A stretch of DNA of 64,000 bases, from positions 96,646-160,645 of the forward strand of contig JAGPFC010000004.1 in the NCBI GenBank assembly GCA_018056685.1. Reading direction: 5' to 3'. Of this stretch, positions 37,029 to 46,954 are shown piece by piece; the first letter of the stretch is position 1, and each line of letters begins with the position of its first letter. Below the pieces are notes generated by a model, which was given only the letters and a program-made list of their open reading frames with translations, had not been told where the DNA came from and searched no databases. Made by a program: the position numbers and the translations under genes. The DNA comes from Smithella sp. GTDB taxonomy: Bacteria > Desulfobacterota > Syntrophia > Syntrophales > Smithellaceae.

Positions 37029-39392
37029 TTACTCTTTTGTCTTTAAAACTTCCACCAAATCGAGATGATCGAGTTTCCGGCGGACAATCAGGCCGGAAAC
37101 CATCGCCGAAAAAATAACAACCGACGCCGCCACCGCGTAAGTTTTTAATTCAATCACCAACGGTACACGGAAAAGATCGGAGGCCAGCGCGTAAGCAACA
37201 TAAGCGCAAAGCCAGTAGCCGATAAAAAACCCCAGCGGAATCGCCGCCAGTGTAATGATGGCCAGCTCCCCCAAAAGAATATAAGCAATTTCGCCTCGTG
37301 TATAGCCTAAAACACGAAGAGAGGAAAGCTCGCGGCTCCGTTCAGACAGGGAAATTCTCGCGCTGTTATAAACGACGCCGAAAGCGATGGAGCAGGCCAT
37401 CAGCATGGCGATAAACGTAAAGTAAAGCATGCTCTTGGCCATAACCTCGTAAATATTATTGATTTCATTTTGCCGGATATAAACGTCGGCCACCCGCGGC
37501 ATTTCTACAAAGGTCCGAAACAGCTTTTCCCGGTACAGGGCATCCGTCACCAGATAAGCGCCGGAGATGGCATCGCCTTCTTTCATCAGACGGTTGAGCG
37601 CGTTTAAATTCATGTAACCCATCGCGCCCAGATATTGTTTGGCCATGCCGACAACCGTAACCTGCCGGATGGCTTTGGCGCCTTCGAGTGTCTCAACGGT
37701 CAGCACATCCCCGACTTTCACGCCGAGTATCTTTCCGAGATGATCGGTCAACAAGATTCCCGATTCCGGCAGGGGAATGCTGTGTAAATTCGTATCCAGC
37801 AAAAGATGCAGACGTCCCTCGGTCTCGGTTCCGTTGATGACGGTTTTGTAGCTGCGGTGACCGAATTTGAGTTTTACCGGAACCGTCCGGAAACCCTCGG
37901 CGTCATGGATGCCCGGTGTCTGTTTGAGTTCATAAAGCGTGCGGTAGGACGTCGGTTCAATGAACGAAACGGTCAAGTCTTCTTTTTGCGAAAAGACATA
38001 TTGCGCCTTCACCATGAAATCGATGGAGTCTTTAAAAAATCCGCTGGAAACCATGGTCGCGCAGGAAACCGCAATGCCGACTATGGACAAAAAAGTGCGA
38101 ATTGGTTTGCGCTCGATATTACGGGCGATAATCCTGGCCGGTTGCGTCAGCCAGCGTCCGACCCCTGTTTTCTCAATCAGTGTCACCCGGTACCGGGCCG
38201 GCGCCTCCGGCCGCATGGCTTCGGCGGGCGGCTGCTTGGCGGCCTTCCATAGGGAGTGCATCGTTCCGGCCAGAGCGGAAACAACACTTACTGAAACAGC
38301 GATCATCAGAACTTCCGGATGCAGCGTGTAAATAAAAGCGGGGAACCGGTAAAATTCCATGTAAATATTTCCCATCATGTTCCCCAGCCAGATGCCGGCG
38401 GCAATACCGGTGGCAACGCCGGCGGAGATAATCAGGACAACCATTTTCGCGTAATGCGCTCCCACGGCAAAATCGTTGTACCCGAACGCCTTGAGAATGG
38501 CGATTTGTTCGCGTTGGGTGTTGATAATCCGGCTCATCACGATATTGAGCAGAAAAGCGGCAACGCAGATGAAGATCACCGGATAGATTCTGGAACTTGT
38601 CCGCAGCTGTTTCATCTCTTCGCTCAACAGCCGATGCGACATCTGGTCCTTGCGGCTGTACGCGCCATATCCGCCGTAGCTTCCCAGAATAGCATCCAGA
38701 TCGCGGATGACATCGCTCTCCCTGGCTTCGGGATAAAGACTCAGCACCACGTCGTTGAAGGCGCCGTCCATGTCGCAAGCCTTGCTGATGGCCTTGCGGC
38801 TCATCCAGAGGATGCCGAAGCGCTTGAAGTCAGGCGTCATCGCGCCGACTTTCATCACCAGGACGAATTCCGGTGAAAGCGCGATACCGGTAATCGTCAG
38901 TTTTTTCCATTTGCCGTTGATGACCGCCGCCAGTTGATCTCCCAGTTTAAAACCATGCGCCTGCGCAAAGGTTTCGTTGATGACAACTTCATTGTCTTTG
39001 AAAGGATCGGGAAGCCGTCCCTGCCGGATGTAAAGACGGTTGAGCAGGGGATTGCCATCATCGGGAATGGAGACGATCTTGCCGGTCACATTCTCGGCAT
39101 AGCCCTGGATATCCAGTTTGGCATAGGCCGAAACCCGGGTTTCCAGTTGTCTGACGCCGTTGATATTTTTTAGCTTGTCCTTAAGACTTTCCGGCGCGCG
39201 CTTCAGATTGACAAAGACATCGGCGAAATTGTATTCACGGTAAAACTTGCTGCGGGTGAAATCCAGCGAATGCATGGTGCTGATAAACAGGATGAAGGTT
39301 GCCACGCCGCTCATCACCACCATCGAAATGGCAAAGACCTGGCCTTTCATCCGCCAGATTTCCCGCCAGAGTTTGAGGTCTAAAGCCTTCAC
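37029..39392 (-). CDS. ABC transporter permease with two FtsX/MacB-type modules
   Basis: 787 aa. Two repeats of TM, large periplasmic domain and 3 TM. FtsX-type segments ILKAFGY and LRVLGY. Confidence 0.85.
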   Translation of the reverse strand: MKALDLKLWREIWRMKGQVFAISMVVMSGVATFILFISTMHSLDFTRSKFYREYNFADVFVNLKRAPESLKDKLKNINGVRQLETRVSAYAKLDIQGYAENVTGKIVSIPDDGNPLLNRLYIRQGRLPDPFKDNEVVINETFAQAHGFKLGDQLAAVINGKWKKLTITGIALSPEFVLVMKVGAMTPDFKRFGILWMSRKAISKACDMDGAFNDVVLSLYPEARESDVIRDLDAILGSYGGYGAYSRKDQMSHRLLSEEMKQLRTSSRIYPVIFICVAAFLLNIVMSRIINTQREQIAILKAFGYNDFAVGAHYAKMVVLIISAGVATGIAAGIWLGNMMGNIYMEFYRFPAFIYTLHPEVLMIAVSVSVVSALAGTMHSLWKAAKQPPAEAMRPEAPARYRVTLIEKTGVGRWLTQPARIIARNIERKPIRTFLSIVGIAVSCATMVSSGFFKDSIDFMVKAQYVFSQKEDLTVSFIEPTSYRTLYELKQTPGIHDAEGFRTVPVKLKFGHRSYKTVINGTETEGRLHLLLDTNLHSIPLPESGILLTDHLGKILGVKVGDVLTVETLEGAKAIRQVTVVGMAKQYLGAMGYMNLNALNRLMKEGDAISGAYLVTDALYREKLFRTFVEMPRVADVYIRQNEINNIYEVMAKSMLYFTFIAMLMACSIAFGVVYNSARISLSERSRELSSLRVLGYTRGEIAYILLGELAIITLAAIPLGFFIGYWLCAYVAYALASDLFRVPLVIELKTYAVAASVVIFSAMVSGLIVRRKLDHLDLVEVLKTKE

Positions 39393-39396
39393 GAAA

Positions 39397-40122
39397 TCAC
39401 CACTGAAGTTCGCTCGCTGATTTTTTGACCTTGTTTTCCGTCACGTCCGCAATTTTGCCGTTGCTTAAATGAATGACGCGGTCGGCCATGCCGGCGATAT
39501 CCACGTTATGGGTGATGATGGCCGTGGCCGTTCCCAGTTCATGATTGATGCGTTCCAGAGCCTGCAAGACCAGAATGCCTGTTTTGGAATCCAGCGCGCC
39601 GGTCGGTTCATCGCAGAGCAGTACAGCCGGATTTTTGGAAATGGCGCGCGCAATGGCCACGCGCTGCTGTTCGCCGCCGGAAAGCTGGGCGGGAAAGTGA
39701 TTTGTTCTTTCGGTCAGGCCGACCAGTTCCAGCGCTTTCTCCGGCGACATCGGATTTTCAGCAATCTCCGTAACTACGGCGACATTTTCTCTGGCGGTCA
39801 GGCTGGAAATCAGATTGTAGAATTGAAAAACAAAGCCGACATGGAAGCGCCGGTACTCGGTCAGTTCCTTTTCCGTGGCCTGGGTCAAGTCCTTGCCCCG
39901 GTAGGAGACAAAGCCTGATGTGGCGGTATCCAAACCGCCCATGATATTGAGCAGTGTTGATTTTCCGCTGCCCGATGGCCCGAGCAGTACCACTAGTTCA
40001 CCGGCGAAGAGTTCCATGTTCACGCCGCGCAGCGCGTGGACCTCCACTTCACCCATTTTGTAAACTTTGGTGAGGTCACGAACCTGAAAAAAATTTTCTT
40101 TCAAATGATTCATCGTGTCCAC
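39397..40122 (-). CDS. ABC transporter ATP-binding protein (MacB/LolD type)
   Basis: Walker [10 protein letters not shown], signature LSGGEQQR, Walker [12 protein letters not shown]. Confidence 0.92.
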   Translation of the reverse strand: MDTMNHLKENFFQVRDLTKVYKMGEVEVHALRGVNMELFAGELVVLLGPSGSGKSTLLNIMGGLDTATSGFVSYRGKDLTQATEKELTEYRRFHVGFVFQFYNLISSLTARENVAVVTEIAENPMSPEKALELVGLTERTNHFPAQLSGGEQQRVAIARAISKNPAVLLCDEPTGALDSKTGILVLQALERINHELGTATAIITHNVDIAGMADRVIHLSNGKIADVTENKVKKSASELQW

Positions 40123-40170
40123 CGGTGAGTTTATCCGCTTAAGGCTGACTAATGCAGTGGCAGGTTGAGG

Positions 40171-40968
40171 TTAATAGGTGTAACTGATGGCGGCGCCGGC
40201 GGAAAATCTATCCGCAAACTGTCCTTCCAGATTCAACCGGAATCCTTTAATCAGCGGGATTTCGGCGCCCGCGAATCCGCCCGCCAATGATTTATTTTTG
40301 ACCGTATAATGCTTTTCCGCGTATTCCGTGCCGTATAAACCGGAGAAAAGAGACAGGTCCGCTTCTGAATAATACAGGTAGGGACCGGCGTACAGATTTG
40401 TGCCGCAGGGAAGTTTGGCCTGAAGCCCGACACCGAAAACGGCATCCCGGAGATTTTCGAATTTCATTTCAGTTCTGACCGGCACGCCGCCGCTGGTTAT
40501 CGCGACGTGGTCAGAGAAGTCGCTGAAATAATAAGTCCCCTGAAGAAAAGCGCCGACGCCGAACATTTCATTAATCGGATAAAATGCTTTGGCTCCCAGG
40601 GTGCCGAAAAATTTCCAATCCGCCTCAAAATCGTCCTGACTGGTTTCCACAAAATGGTCCGAGGACGCGAAAATGCCCGCAATTTTCATGTTCGATACGC
40701 CGATGCGGGCGTACACTTCCCAGATGTTTTTGGCTCCGTAAGCGGCCTGAGAATAAATTTCATTTTGTTTTATTTTATAATTTTCGCCGTTTTTGTAAGT
40801 GTCTTCATGATAGAGATAACCGATGGCCGTGTTTAATCCGCCCTGTTCCCGGGAAACCGTTTGCAGAGGACCGAACAAGCCCGACGCCTCGGCCCTCAGA
40901 CTGATTGCCAGAACGGATAAAACCATCAGCAAAACGGCCGGAAAATTTTTCACAAAATTTTTCTTCAT
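40171..40968 (-). CDS. Outer-membrane beta-barrel protein
   Basis: Signal peptide ending LRAEA. Alternating hydrophobic/aromatic beta-strand pattern. C-terminal ..AAISYTY. Its ATG directly abuts the mlaA TAA. Confidence 0.7.
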   Translation of the reverse strand: MKKNFVKNFPAVLLMVLSVLAISLRAEASGLFGPLQTVSREQGGLNTAIGYLYHEDTYKNGENYKIKQNEIYSQAAYGAKNIWEVYARIGVSNMKIAGIFASSDHFVETSQDDFEADWKFFGTLGAKAFYPINEMFGVGAFLQGTYYFSDFSDHVAITSGGVPVRTEMKFENLRDAVFGVGLQAKLPCGTNLYAGPYLYYSEADLSLFSGLYGTEYAEKHYTVKNKSLAGGFAGAEIPLIKGFRLNLEGQFADRFSAGAAISYTY

Positions 40969-41922
40969 TTAATTTTCCCTTTCAGGAACGGGCGCGGCCG
41001 GTTGTTCCTGCCTGGTTACTGGTGCAGAGGATGAACCTTTCGCTTTTCTGGCCTTAATCTTTTTATACCGGTACTGGGCGTAGGCATCGCGAAAAGCCAC
41101 GTAGGGATCAATGGCCGCGTCTTTGAGCGCTTCATAATCGCCGATTCTCAAAGAAGTGGCATTCACTTCTTCATAGGTACGAACGGCAAGCCAGTCGTAC
41201 CAGGGATTGATGTATGAGACAGGATAAAGGAAATAATCGCCAACGAGGGTTGCCGTATCGCGCGCGCTGGAAGGTCCGAAAAACGGCCACACAATATAGA
41301 AGCCCTGCCCCACGCCCCACACACCGAGCGTCTGTCCCAGATCGGTATCCTGTTTCTGGAGATTCAGCTCTTTGCCGGATGAAGGATCCAGCAGGCCGCC
41401 AATGCCCCAGAGGGTGTTGATTGCAAAGCGGCCCGTTTCCATAGCCGCGCCGCTGAAATCCGCCTGCAGCAGGCAGCTTAAAAATCGGGCGGGAAAAGCA
41501 AGATTGGAAAAGAAATTTTTTACGCTGAGACGCGCCGGTTCGGGCAACACGGTTTTATAGCCCTGCGCAACCGGTTTGAGCGCCCAGAAATAAAGCTTGT
41601 CATTAAACCCGTGCACGACTCTGTTGACCGGTTCCAGAGGATCCGCAATCTCCACCTTTTCTTCTTTAAGATTACCGGCAACATATTCTTCAAGGATCTC
41701 ATCTTCTTTGTATTCTTCGTTGATTGTTTCGACCGTATCGTGCGGACTGGCCTGGCTTTGATCAATAGCGGTGGGATCAACGCCGGTTTCCGGTGACGGT
41801 GCAACCTGCTGTGACACGGACACATCCCGCGGTGTGGTGGTGGACGCTGATTCCTGCCCGTGAGCAAAACCCGCCGTCAATAAAACGACAATGAGAAATA
41901 CAATAGAAAAATACGACTTCAT
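40969..41922 (-). CDS. mlaA: MlaA/VacJ-family protein
   Basis: DPLEPVNRVVHGFNDKLYFWALKPVAQGY and PARLSVKNFFSNL VacJ motifs. Has a signal peptide, but I see no lipobox Cys. Confidence 0.85.
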   Translation of the reverse strand: MKSYFSIVFLIVVLLTAGFAHGQESASTTTPRDVSVSQQVAPSPETGVDPTAIDQSQASPHDTVETINEEYKEDEILEEYVAGNLKEEKVEIADPLEPVNRVVHGFNDKLYFWALKPVAQGYKTVLPEPARLSVKNFFSNLAFPARFLSCLLQADFSGAAMETGRFAINTLWGIGGLLDPSSGKELNLQKQDTDLGQTLGVWGVGQGFYIVWPFFGPSSARDTATLVGDYFLYPVSYINPWYDWLAVRTYEEVNATSLRIGDYEALKDAAIDPYVAFRDAYAQYRYKKIKARKAKGSSSAPVTRQEQPAAPVPEREN

Positions 41923-41971
41923 GGCGCAACCGAAATAATAGTGTTAAAGGCCCGAATTTTTATACCAATGC

Positions 41972-42568
41972 TCACTTTTTATTTAATTTCTTGCGCAGCG
42001 TCTCCAGAAGTTTTTCCGGTTTATCCTTGGCGAGGATATCGTTGAACTGCGTGCGGTAATTCTGCACCAGACTGACATTTTCAATCACGACATCGTAAAC
42101 TTTCCATTTGCCGTCTTTGAGAATCATCCGGTAGAAAATCGGGATTTCCTTGGAAGAGGTGATGATTTTGCTTTGAACTTCCACCTGGGTATCAGACAGC
42201 TTGTTTTCTTTGTAGAACTCAACCTTTTCGTTGGTATAGCTGAGGATTTTATCGGCGTAGGAATTTTCCAGGACCTGTTCAAAGAGATTGACAAATTCCG
42301 TCCGCTGCGCCGGTGTGAACGTATTCCAATTGCGGGTCAACGTCCGTTTGGAAAACTCAATTTCATCGAACATCCCTTTGTAAATCGCCCGGAGTTTGTC
42401 TTTCTTCATCTCCGTGGCTGACGCGGGCTTGAGTTTGGGATCGCGCAGGACATCCAGCACATCGTTGACACTTTTCTTCACGGAATCGAGCGGGACACCC
42501 GCATAAACCGGCAGAGCAAAAATCAATATCATCAACAGGATCATTGATCGCATCAGTATTTTTTTCAT
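41972..42568 (-). CDS. mlaC: MlaC/Ttg2D-family periplasmic phospholipid-binding protein
   Basis: Signal peptide, 198 aa, Ttg2D-like segments (FDEIEFSKRTLTRNW, YRMILKDGKWKVYDV). Confidence 0.8.
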   Translation of the reverse strand: MKKILMRSMILLMILIFALPVYAGVPLDSVKKSVNDVLDVLRDPKLKPASATEMKKDKLRAIYKGMFDEIEFSKRTLTRNWNTFTPAQRTEFVNLFEQVLENSYADKILSYTNEKVEFYKENKLSDTQVEVQSKIITSSKEIPIFYRMILKDGKWKVYDVVIENVSLVQNYRTQFNDILAKDKPEKLLETLRKKLNKK

Positions 42569-42600
42569 TTTTTCCCTCCTTGAGAACGATTATACCATTT

Positions 42601-43056
42601 CTACTGTTTTTTAATATCACCAAAAGCATACTTGCTGATCAGTCCGATGATATCCACCGGCGCCTGTGTTTCCGTGATGGTGCCGTTGGGTTTGATGAGC
42701 GTGCCCGATCCTCCCGGATCAATGCTGATATACTGATCACCCATCAGGCCTTCTGTTTTAATGGAAGCGATGGCGTCATCATAAATCTTGACGTCCTTTT
42801 TGATTTTCATTTGCACCACCGCTTTCTGGTTTTCCTGATCCATAATGATTTTTTCCACAGTGCCGATTTCAATACCCCACATATCCACCGGATTGCCCGT
42901 GCGCAGACCGGTGACGGAAATGAAACCGGCGGTAACCCGGTACGAGTCGTCCTTGAGAAAAGATACTTTCCCGAGTTTTACGGTCATATAGCCCACACAG
43001 AGCAGTCCCAGCAAAACAAAAATTCCGACAATGGTTTCTATCTTGTGTTGGTTCAT
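42601..43056 (-). CDS. mlaD: MlaD (MCE-domain) protein
   Basis: Start set at ATG 43056 (MNQHKIETIVGIFVLLGLL TM anchor), 4 nt after the mlaF stop. MCE beta-barrel segment follows. Confidence 0.85.
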   Translation of the reverse strand: MNQHKIETIVGIFVLLGLLCVGYMTVKLGKVSFLKDDSYRVTAGFISVTGLRTGNPVDMWGIEIGTVEKIIMDQENQKAVVQMKIKKDVKIYDDAIASIKTEGLMGDQYISIDPGGSGTLIKPNGTITETQAPVDIIGLISKYAFGDIKKQ

Positions 43057-43060
43057 TTGC

Positions 43061-44305
43061 TTACTCCTTGACGGCGCATTGCAGCCGTCCAATTTCTTTT
43101 TGTTGAGATCTGGCCGACTCCACAACGGAATCTATATCATCATCAGGTTTCCCTTCGGCAATTCCCACCCGGATGGCGAATTCGACGTAGTGATCCGCCG
43201 GATCACTGTCTTGAGCCTTCAACCGGAAATCATGAATGCCCTGTTCCTGCAAATCCTCGACAAACTCATTCATAATCTTTTCTGTTTCGGCAATATCCGA
43301 AAAAGGAAGCACCGTGACAAATTCTCTTGCCTTGCGGCGGGTGGAAAAACCGCCGATGGCTCCGAAATGCCTGTCAATATAAAGACCCATCGCATGAATG
43401 GTTTCCTGCGCCTTATCATAACCAATGCGGGGCACAACCGTGTTCATATCCGCCAGATCAAAAACAGCGATACAGAAACTTTCGCCCGATTTCCTGCTTT
43501 TCATCTGAGTATGATGTAAAATTTTAAACTGACGCCGGGAATAAAGACCGGTTAATTCCTTCTGCAACCCCTCTAGGCTTCGGATAACTTCGTCATTGAA
43601 GGGATGGTCAAAGTTGCTCAGCTCCTCAGGAGTGCCCTGAAATACGATGGTTTTATCATAAAGAGCAAGAATCCGGTTGGAAATAAAATAAACATCCGGA
43701 ATTTCATGGCTGACCATGACCGCGGTGAAATTAAATTTTTTCTGATACTGGGCAATCATGCTCAAAATCGCGTTTTTACGAACCGGGTCCTGGCCGGTCG
43801 TGGGTTCGTCAAACAAAACAATACGCGGATCGGTGATCAGAGCGCGGGCCAGCGCCGCCCGTTTCTGCATGCCGCCGGAAAGTTCTGACGGATACCGGTG
43901 CGCGGCTTCGTTCAATTCCGTTTGTCCAATTCTGGCCATCACCCGGCGATCAATTTCGGCTTTACTCAAATTGGTGGTTTCCCGCAGAGGCAGAGCAATA
44001 TTGTCATAAACGGTCATCGAATCGAACAGGGCATTGCCCTGAAACATGTAACTGATCTGATGAGTCGATGAGGCGATTTCGGCTTTACTCATTTCCTTCA
44101 ATGGTCTGCCACGAAAAAGAATCGTTCCTTCATCGGGCTGAAGCAGACCGATGATATGTTTCAGCATGACGCTTTTTCCCGAACCGCTCAAGCCGATAAT
44201 CGTGGTAATCTGCCCCTCGTATATCTTTAAGTTCACATTCTGCAGAACCACATGAGATCCGAAGCGTTTGTGAATATTTTTAAATTCAATCAACGGTACC
44301 ATCAT
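43061..44305 (-). CDS. mlaF: MlaF-type ABC ATPase fused to a C-terminal degenerate GGDEF domain
   Basis: Residues 1-245: Walker A GLSGSGKS, signature LSGGMQKR, Walker B LFDEPTTGQD. Residues ~251-405 are GGDEF-like: ELTGLYSRRQF, CIAVFDLADMN, KAREF in place of GGDEF, AIRVGIAEG. Confidence 0.85.
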   Translation of the reverse strand: MMVPLIEFKNIHKRFGSHVVLQNVNLKIYEGQITTIIGLSGSGKSVMLKHIIGLLQPDEGTILFRGRPLKEMSKAEIASSTHQISYMFQGNALFDSMTVYDNIALPLRETTNLSKAEIDRRVMARIGQTELNEAAHRYPSELSGGMQKRAALARALITDPRIVLFDEPTTGQDPVRKNAILSMIAQYQKKFNFTAVMVSHEIPDVYFISNRILALYDKTIVFQGTPEELSNFDHPFNDEVIRSLEGLQKELTGLYSRRQFKILHHTQMKSRKSGESFCIAVFDLADMNTVVPRIGYDKAQETIHAMGLYIDRHFGAIGGFSTRRKAREFVTVLPFSDIAETEKIMNEFVEDLQEQGIHDFRLKAQDSDPADHYVEFAIRVGIAEGKPDDDIDSVVESARSQQKEIGRLQCAVKE

Positions 44306-44308
44306 GAT

Positions 44309-45151
44309 TTATACCATCAGTAAGGAAGTGACCACATAATCGGAAACAAGAATCAGCACGCAGGAAATGACAACCGCCGATGTTGTTGCCAGGCCAACCG
44401 CCTTGGCGCCCTTGCTGTCAGTGCGCATATGCACGAAATATCCCTGATAACAGCAGACGGTGGCCACAATCACTGCGAAAACGATCGACTTGATAAAACC
44501 GTCCGTGAGATCTTTCATGTCAACATTGCGCAGAATGCTGTGAGAATAAACGCCGGCATTTAATCCTAAAAGCATCACAGCGGTGATGTAACCGCCGATA
44601 ATGCCTATGAAATCAAATACGGCCGTCAGCAGGGGGTAACTGATGATGGAAGCGGTGATGCGGGGACTGACCAGAAAGCGAAACGGATCAATCCGCATGG
44701 TTTGCAGCGCGTCAATTTGTTCGGAAATCCGTTGAATTCCTATTTCCGCGGTGATCGCGGAACCCGCCCGTGCTGTAATCATAATCGCGGTGAGCACGGG
44801 CCCCAATTCTCTGATTAATGAAAGAGAAACCAGCGCGCCCAATCCGCCGACAGCGCCGAACTGAATCAGCGCGTGATAGGATTGCAACCCTAAAACCATG
44901 CCGGTAAATAAACTCACCAGCATGATGATGGTTGTGGAACTGGCGCCGATATAATAAATTTGTTGAATGACTTTAGAAAACTGCTTTGGCCGGAAAGTAT
45001 TCCACAGCGCTGTCATAAGAAAAATAGTCGCTGAGCCGAGAACATGAATGCCCTGGATGACCCTTTGTCCGATCAACATAAAAGGTCTGGTCAGTGTCGT
45101 TCCGTCGGCGTTGTTCTCAAAACCGTTCTGACTTTTTTCATTCAGAGCCAT
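44309..45151 (-). CDS. mlaE: MlaE-type ABC permease
   Basis: 280 aa with five or six TM helices. MlaE-like segments (GPVLTAIMITARAGSAITAEIG, IDALQTM). Confidence 0.88.
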   Translation of the reverse strand: MALNEKSQNGFENNADGTTLTRPFMLIGQRVIQGIHVLGSATIFLMTALWNTFRPKQFSKVIQQIYYIGASSTTIIMLVSLFTGMVLGLQSYHALIQFGAVGGLGALVSLSLIRELGPVLTAIMITARAGSAITAEIGIQRISEQIDALQTMRIDPFRFLVSPRITASIISYPLLTAVFDFIGIIGGYITAVMLLGLNAGVYSHSILRNVDMKDLTDGFIKSIVFAVIVATVCCYQGYFVHMRTDSKGAKAVGLATTSAVVISCVLILVSDYVVTSLLMV

Positions 45152-45229
45152 TGACTGCTTTTCCTTTATAAATTTTTGATGATAATTTCAGGAGGAAAGT
45201 TTACATATATATTGCAATTCGTCAACCGT

Positions 45230-46099
45230 TTACTGAAAGATTTCCGTCATAAAATCTTTAATGATAGACGCGATTTCCTGAGGTTTCTGCATGGGAATCA
45301 AATGTCCGGCATCCGGAATCGATTGGTACCGGCCATTATTCAATAAAGATACCGCTTTTTTCAAATCGATAAATTCTTTATTGGTGCTTTTTTCTCCTTC
45401 CAGAATCAGTACGGGGCAGGTCAACCGTTTCAGAAGCGGCCAGGGATTAGTGCTTTTGCCGCCCATAAACAATGCGGCTTCATTACGGGGAGCGCAGGTC
45501 AGTTTCAAATCACCTTCAGCCTGTTTTTCCATGCCGTATTTCAGGTAGAACTGGAGCATCTGTTCGTCCCAGCCGGCAAAGAGCGATTTTGATTTAAGAT
45601 AGTCCAGAGCGGCTTCTTCATCCTTCCAGCTGTTTTTTCGTTTAATGGATAACGACGCCAGGGGATGATCCTTGAGCTGGATATCCATGGCGTAGAATTC
45701 TTCCGGCAGAAAAATCGGCTCAATCAGAATGAGGCCGCGGGGCAGCAGACCGAACAAAGCGGAAGCGATCGTCAGCACCGTAGCGCCCATTGAATGTCCA
45801 ACGGCCAGATTATCCCGGATATTCTGCGAACTACAAAAGCTGATTAAATCTCTGGCGATCACATCCCAGGAAAGACCGCCGCTTTCCGGGTCACAATCAC
45901 GATAGTTGCAAATATATGGCGCCCAGGCCTCTTTGTGGGGAGTCAGTTCTTCGATAATCGGATGCCAGAGCCACGGTAAAAATCCGGTGGCGTGAGCGAA
46001 AAGGATCTGCGGCGCTTCTCCTTCATAGTAAAGATACGGAAGCCCGACACCGCCGACATCGTGAATTTTCAGTTCCGGGATTTCTCTTTTATGGTTCAT
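45230..46099 (-). CDS. Alpha/beta-fold hydrolase
   Basis: Nucleophile elbow GHSMG, HATGF oxyanion region, C-terminal DAGHLIPM. Confidence 0.8.
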   Translation of the reverse strand: MNHKREIPELKIHDVGGVGLPYLYYEGEAPQILFAHATGFLPWLWHPIIEELTPHKEAWAPYICNYRDCDPESGGLSWDVIARDLISFCSSQNIRDNLAVGHSMGATVLTIASALFGLLPRGLILIEPIFLPEEFYAMDIQLKDHPLASLSIKRKNSWKDEEAALDYLKSKSLFAGWDEQMLQFYLKYGMEKQAEGDLKLTCAPRNEAALFMGGKSTNPWPLLKRLTCPVLILEGEKSTNKEFIDLKKAVSLLNNGRYQSIPDAGHLIPMQKPQEIASIIKDFMTEIFQ

Positions 46100-46188
46100 T
46101 TTGTCATCTTATTGCAGCATCATTCAGATATCCGGACGGTAATGAAACCCTTATCACATCCGGCTGATGAATCATTGATACATTATTT

Positions 46189-46737
46189 TTAGAAAATAAA
46201 TACAGCCACGGCAATCACGGTGGTGAAGTTGTTATCCCGGCAAATTGCCGATTGGGTAACATTCAAGGTTCGCACGATCTTGCCGCTGATTTTAAAAATT
46301 TCTTTTTTCTCATCCCAACTTTCATCCACGTTGAAATCGATACCCAGGGTGGAAGCCAACATGGCCGCGGCGAGGTCTTCCGCGTAATCGCCGGCCTGTT
46401 TTTCATTCTGCCCGTAGGCGTGATGTTCGCTGATGTAACCGTAAGATGCTTTGTCGGATGGAATGGCGCACCCGACGGAAGCCGCCAGCAGTCTTTTCGG
46501 TTCATTGGTACAGCACCGGCTTAAAACGCAATAGGTAATAGCGCCGGGCGTTAATTCTTTCAATCCCTGCGTTTTGGAAATCATTTTGCATCGGGGAGGG
46601 AATATACTGGAGACCTGCACCAGATTGCATTTTTCAATTCCCGCATCGCGTAAGGCACGCTCAAAGGAATGCAATTCATCTTTGTGCGTGCCCACGCCCT
46701 TTGTAAAAAAAATTTTCTTGGGCACAAAGCTATCCAT
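46189..46737 (-). CDS. pdaD: Pyruvoyl-dependent arginine decarboxylase
   Basis: [30 protein letters not shown] and self-cleavage region [10 protein letters not shown]. 182 aa. Confidence 0.85.
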   Translation of the reverse strand: MDSFVPKKIFFTKGVGTHKDELHSFERALRDAGIEKCNLVQVSSIFPPRCKMISKTQGLKELTPGAITYCVLSRCCTNEPKRLLAASVGCAIPSDKASYGYISEHHAYGQNEKQAGDYAEDLAAAMLASTLGIDFNVDESWDEKKEIFKISGKIVRTLNVTQSAICRDNNFTTVIAVAVFIF

Positions 46738-46954
46738 TTTTCATCTCCTTCTTCTTCCCGTGAAAGAAACAATATTTTATTTTTGAATCAGCGCTTCAAC
46801 TTTCGACCGATAACTTGATCGCATTTATAGCAAGGTTCAATTTCTTATTCCATAAATTATTTATAAAATACAGTAAATTTTTCACCGTTTCATCTTGCTC
46901 AAAATTTAAAAAAAGTTTATAAAAGCTTGCAATAATAAATCAAGGATATTTTTA

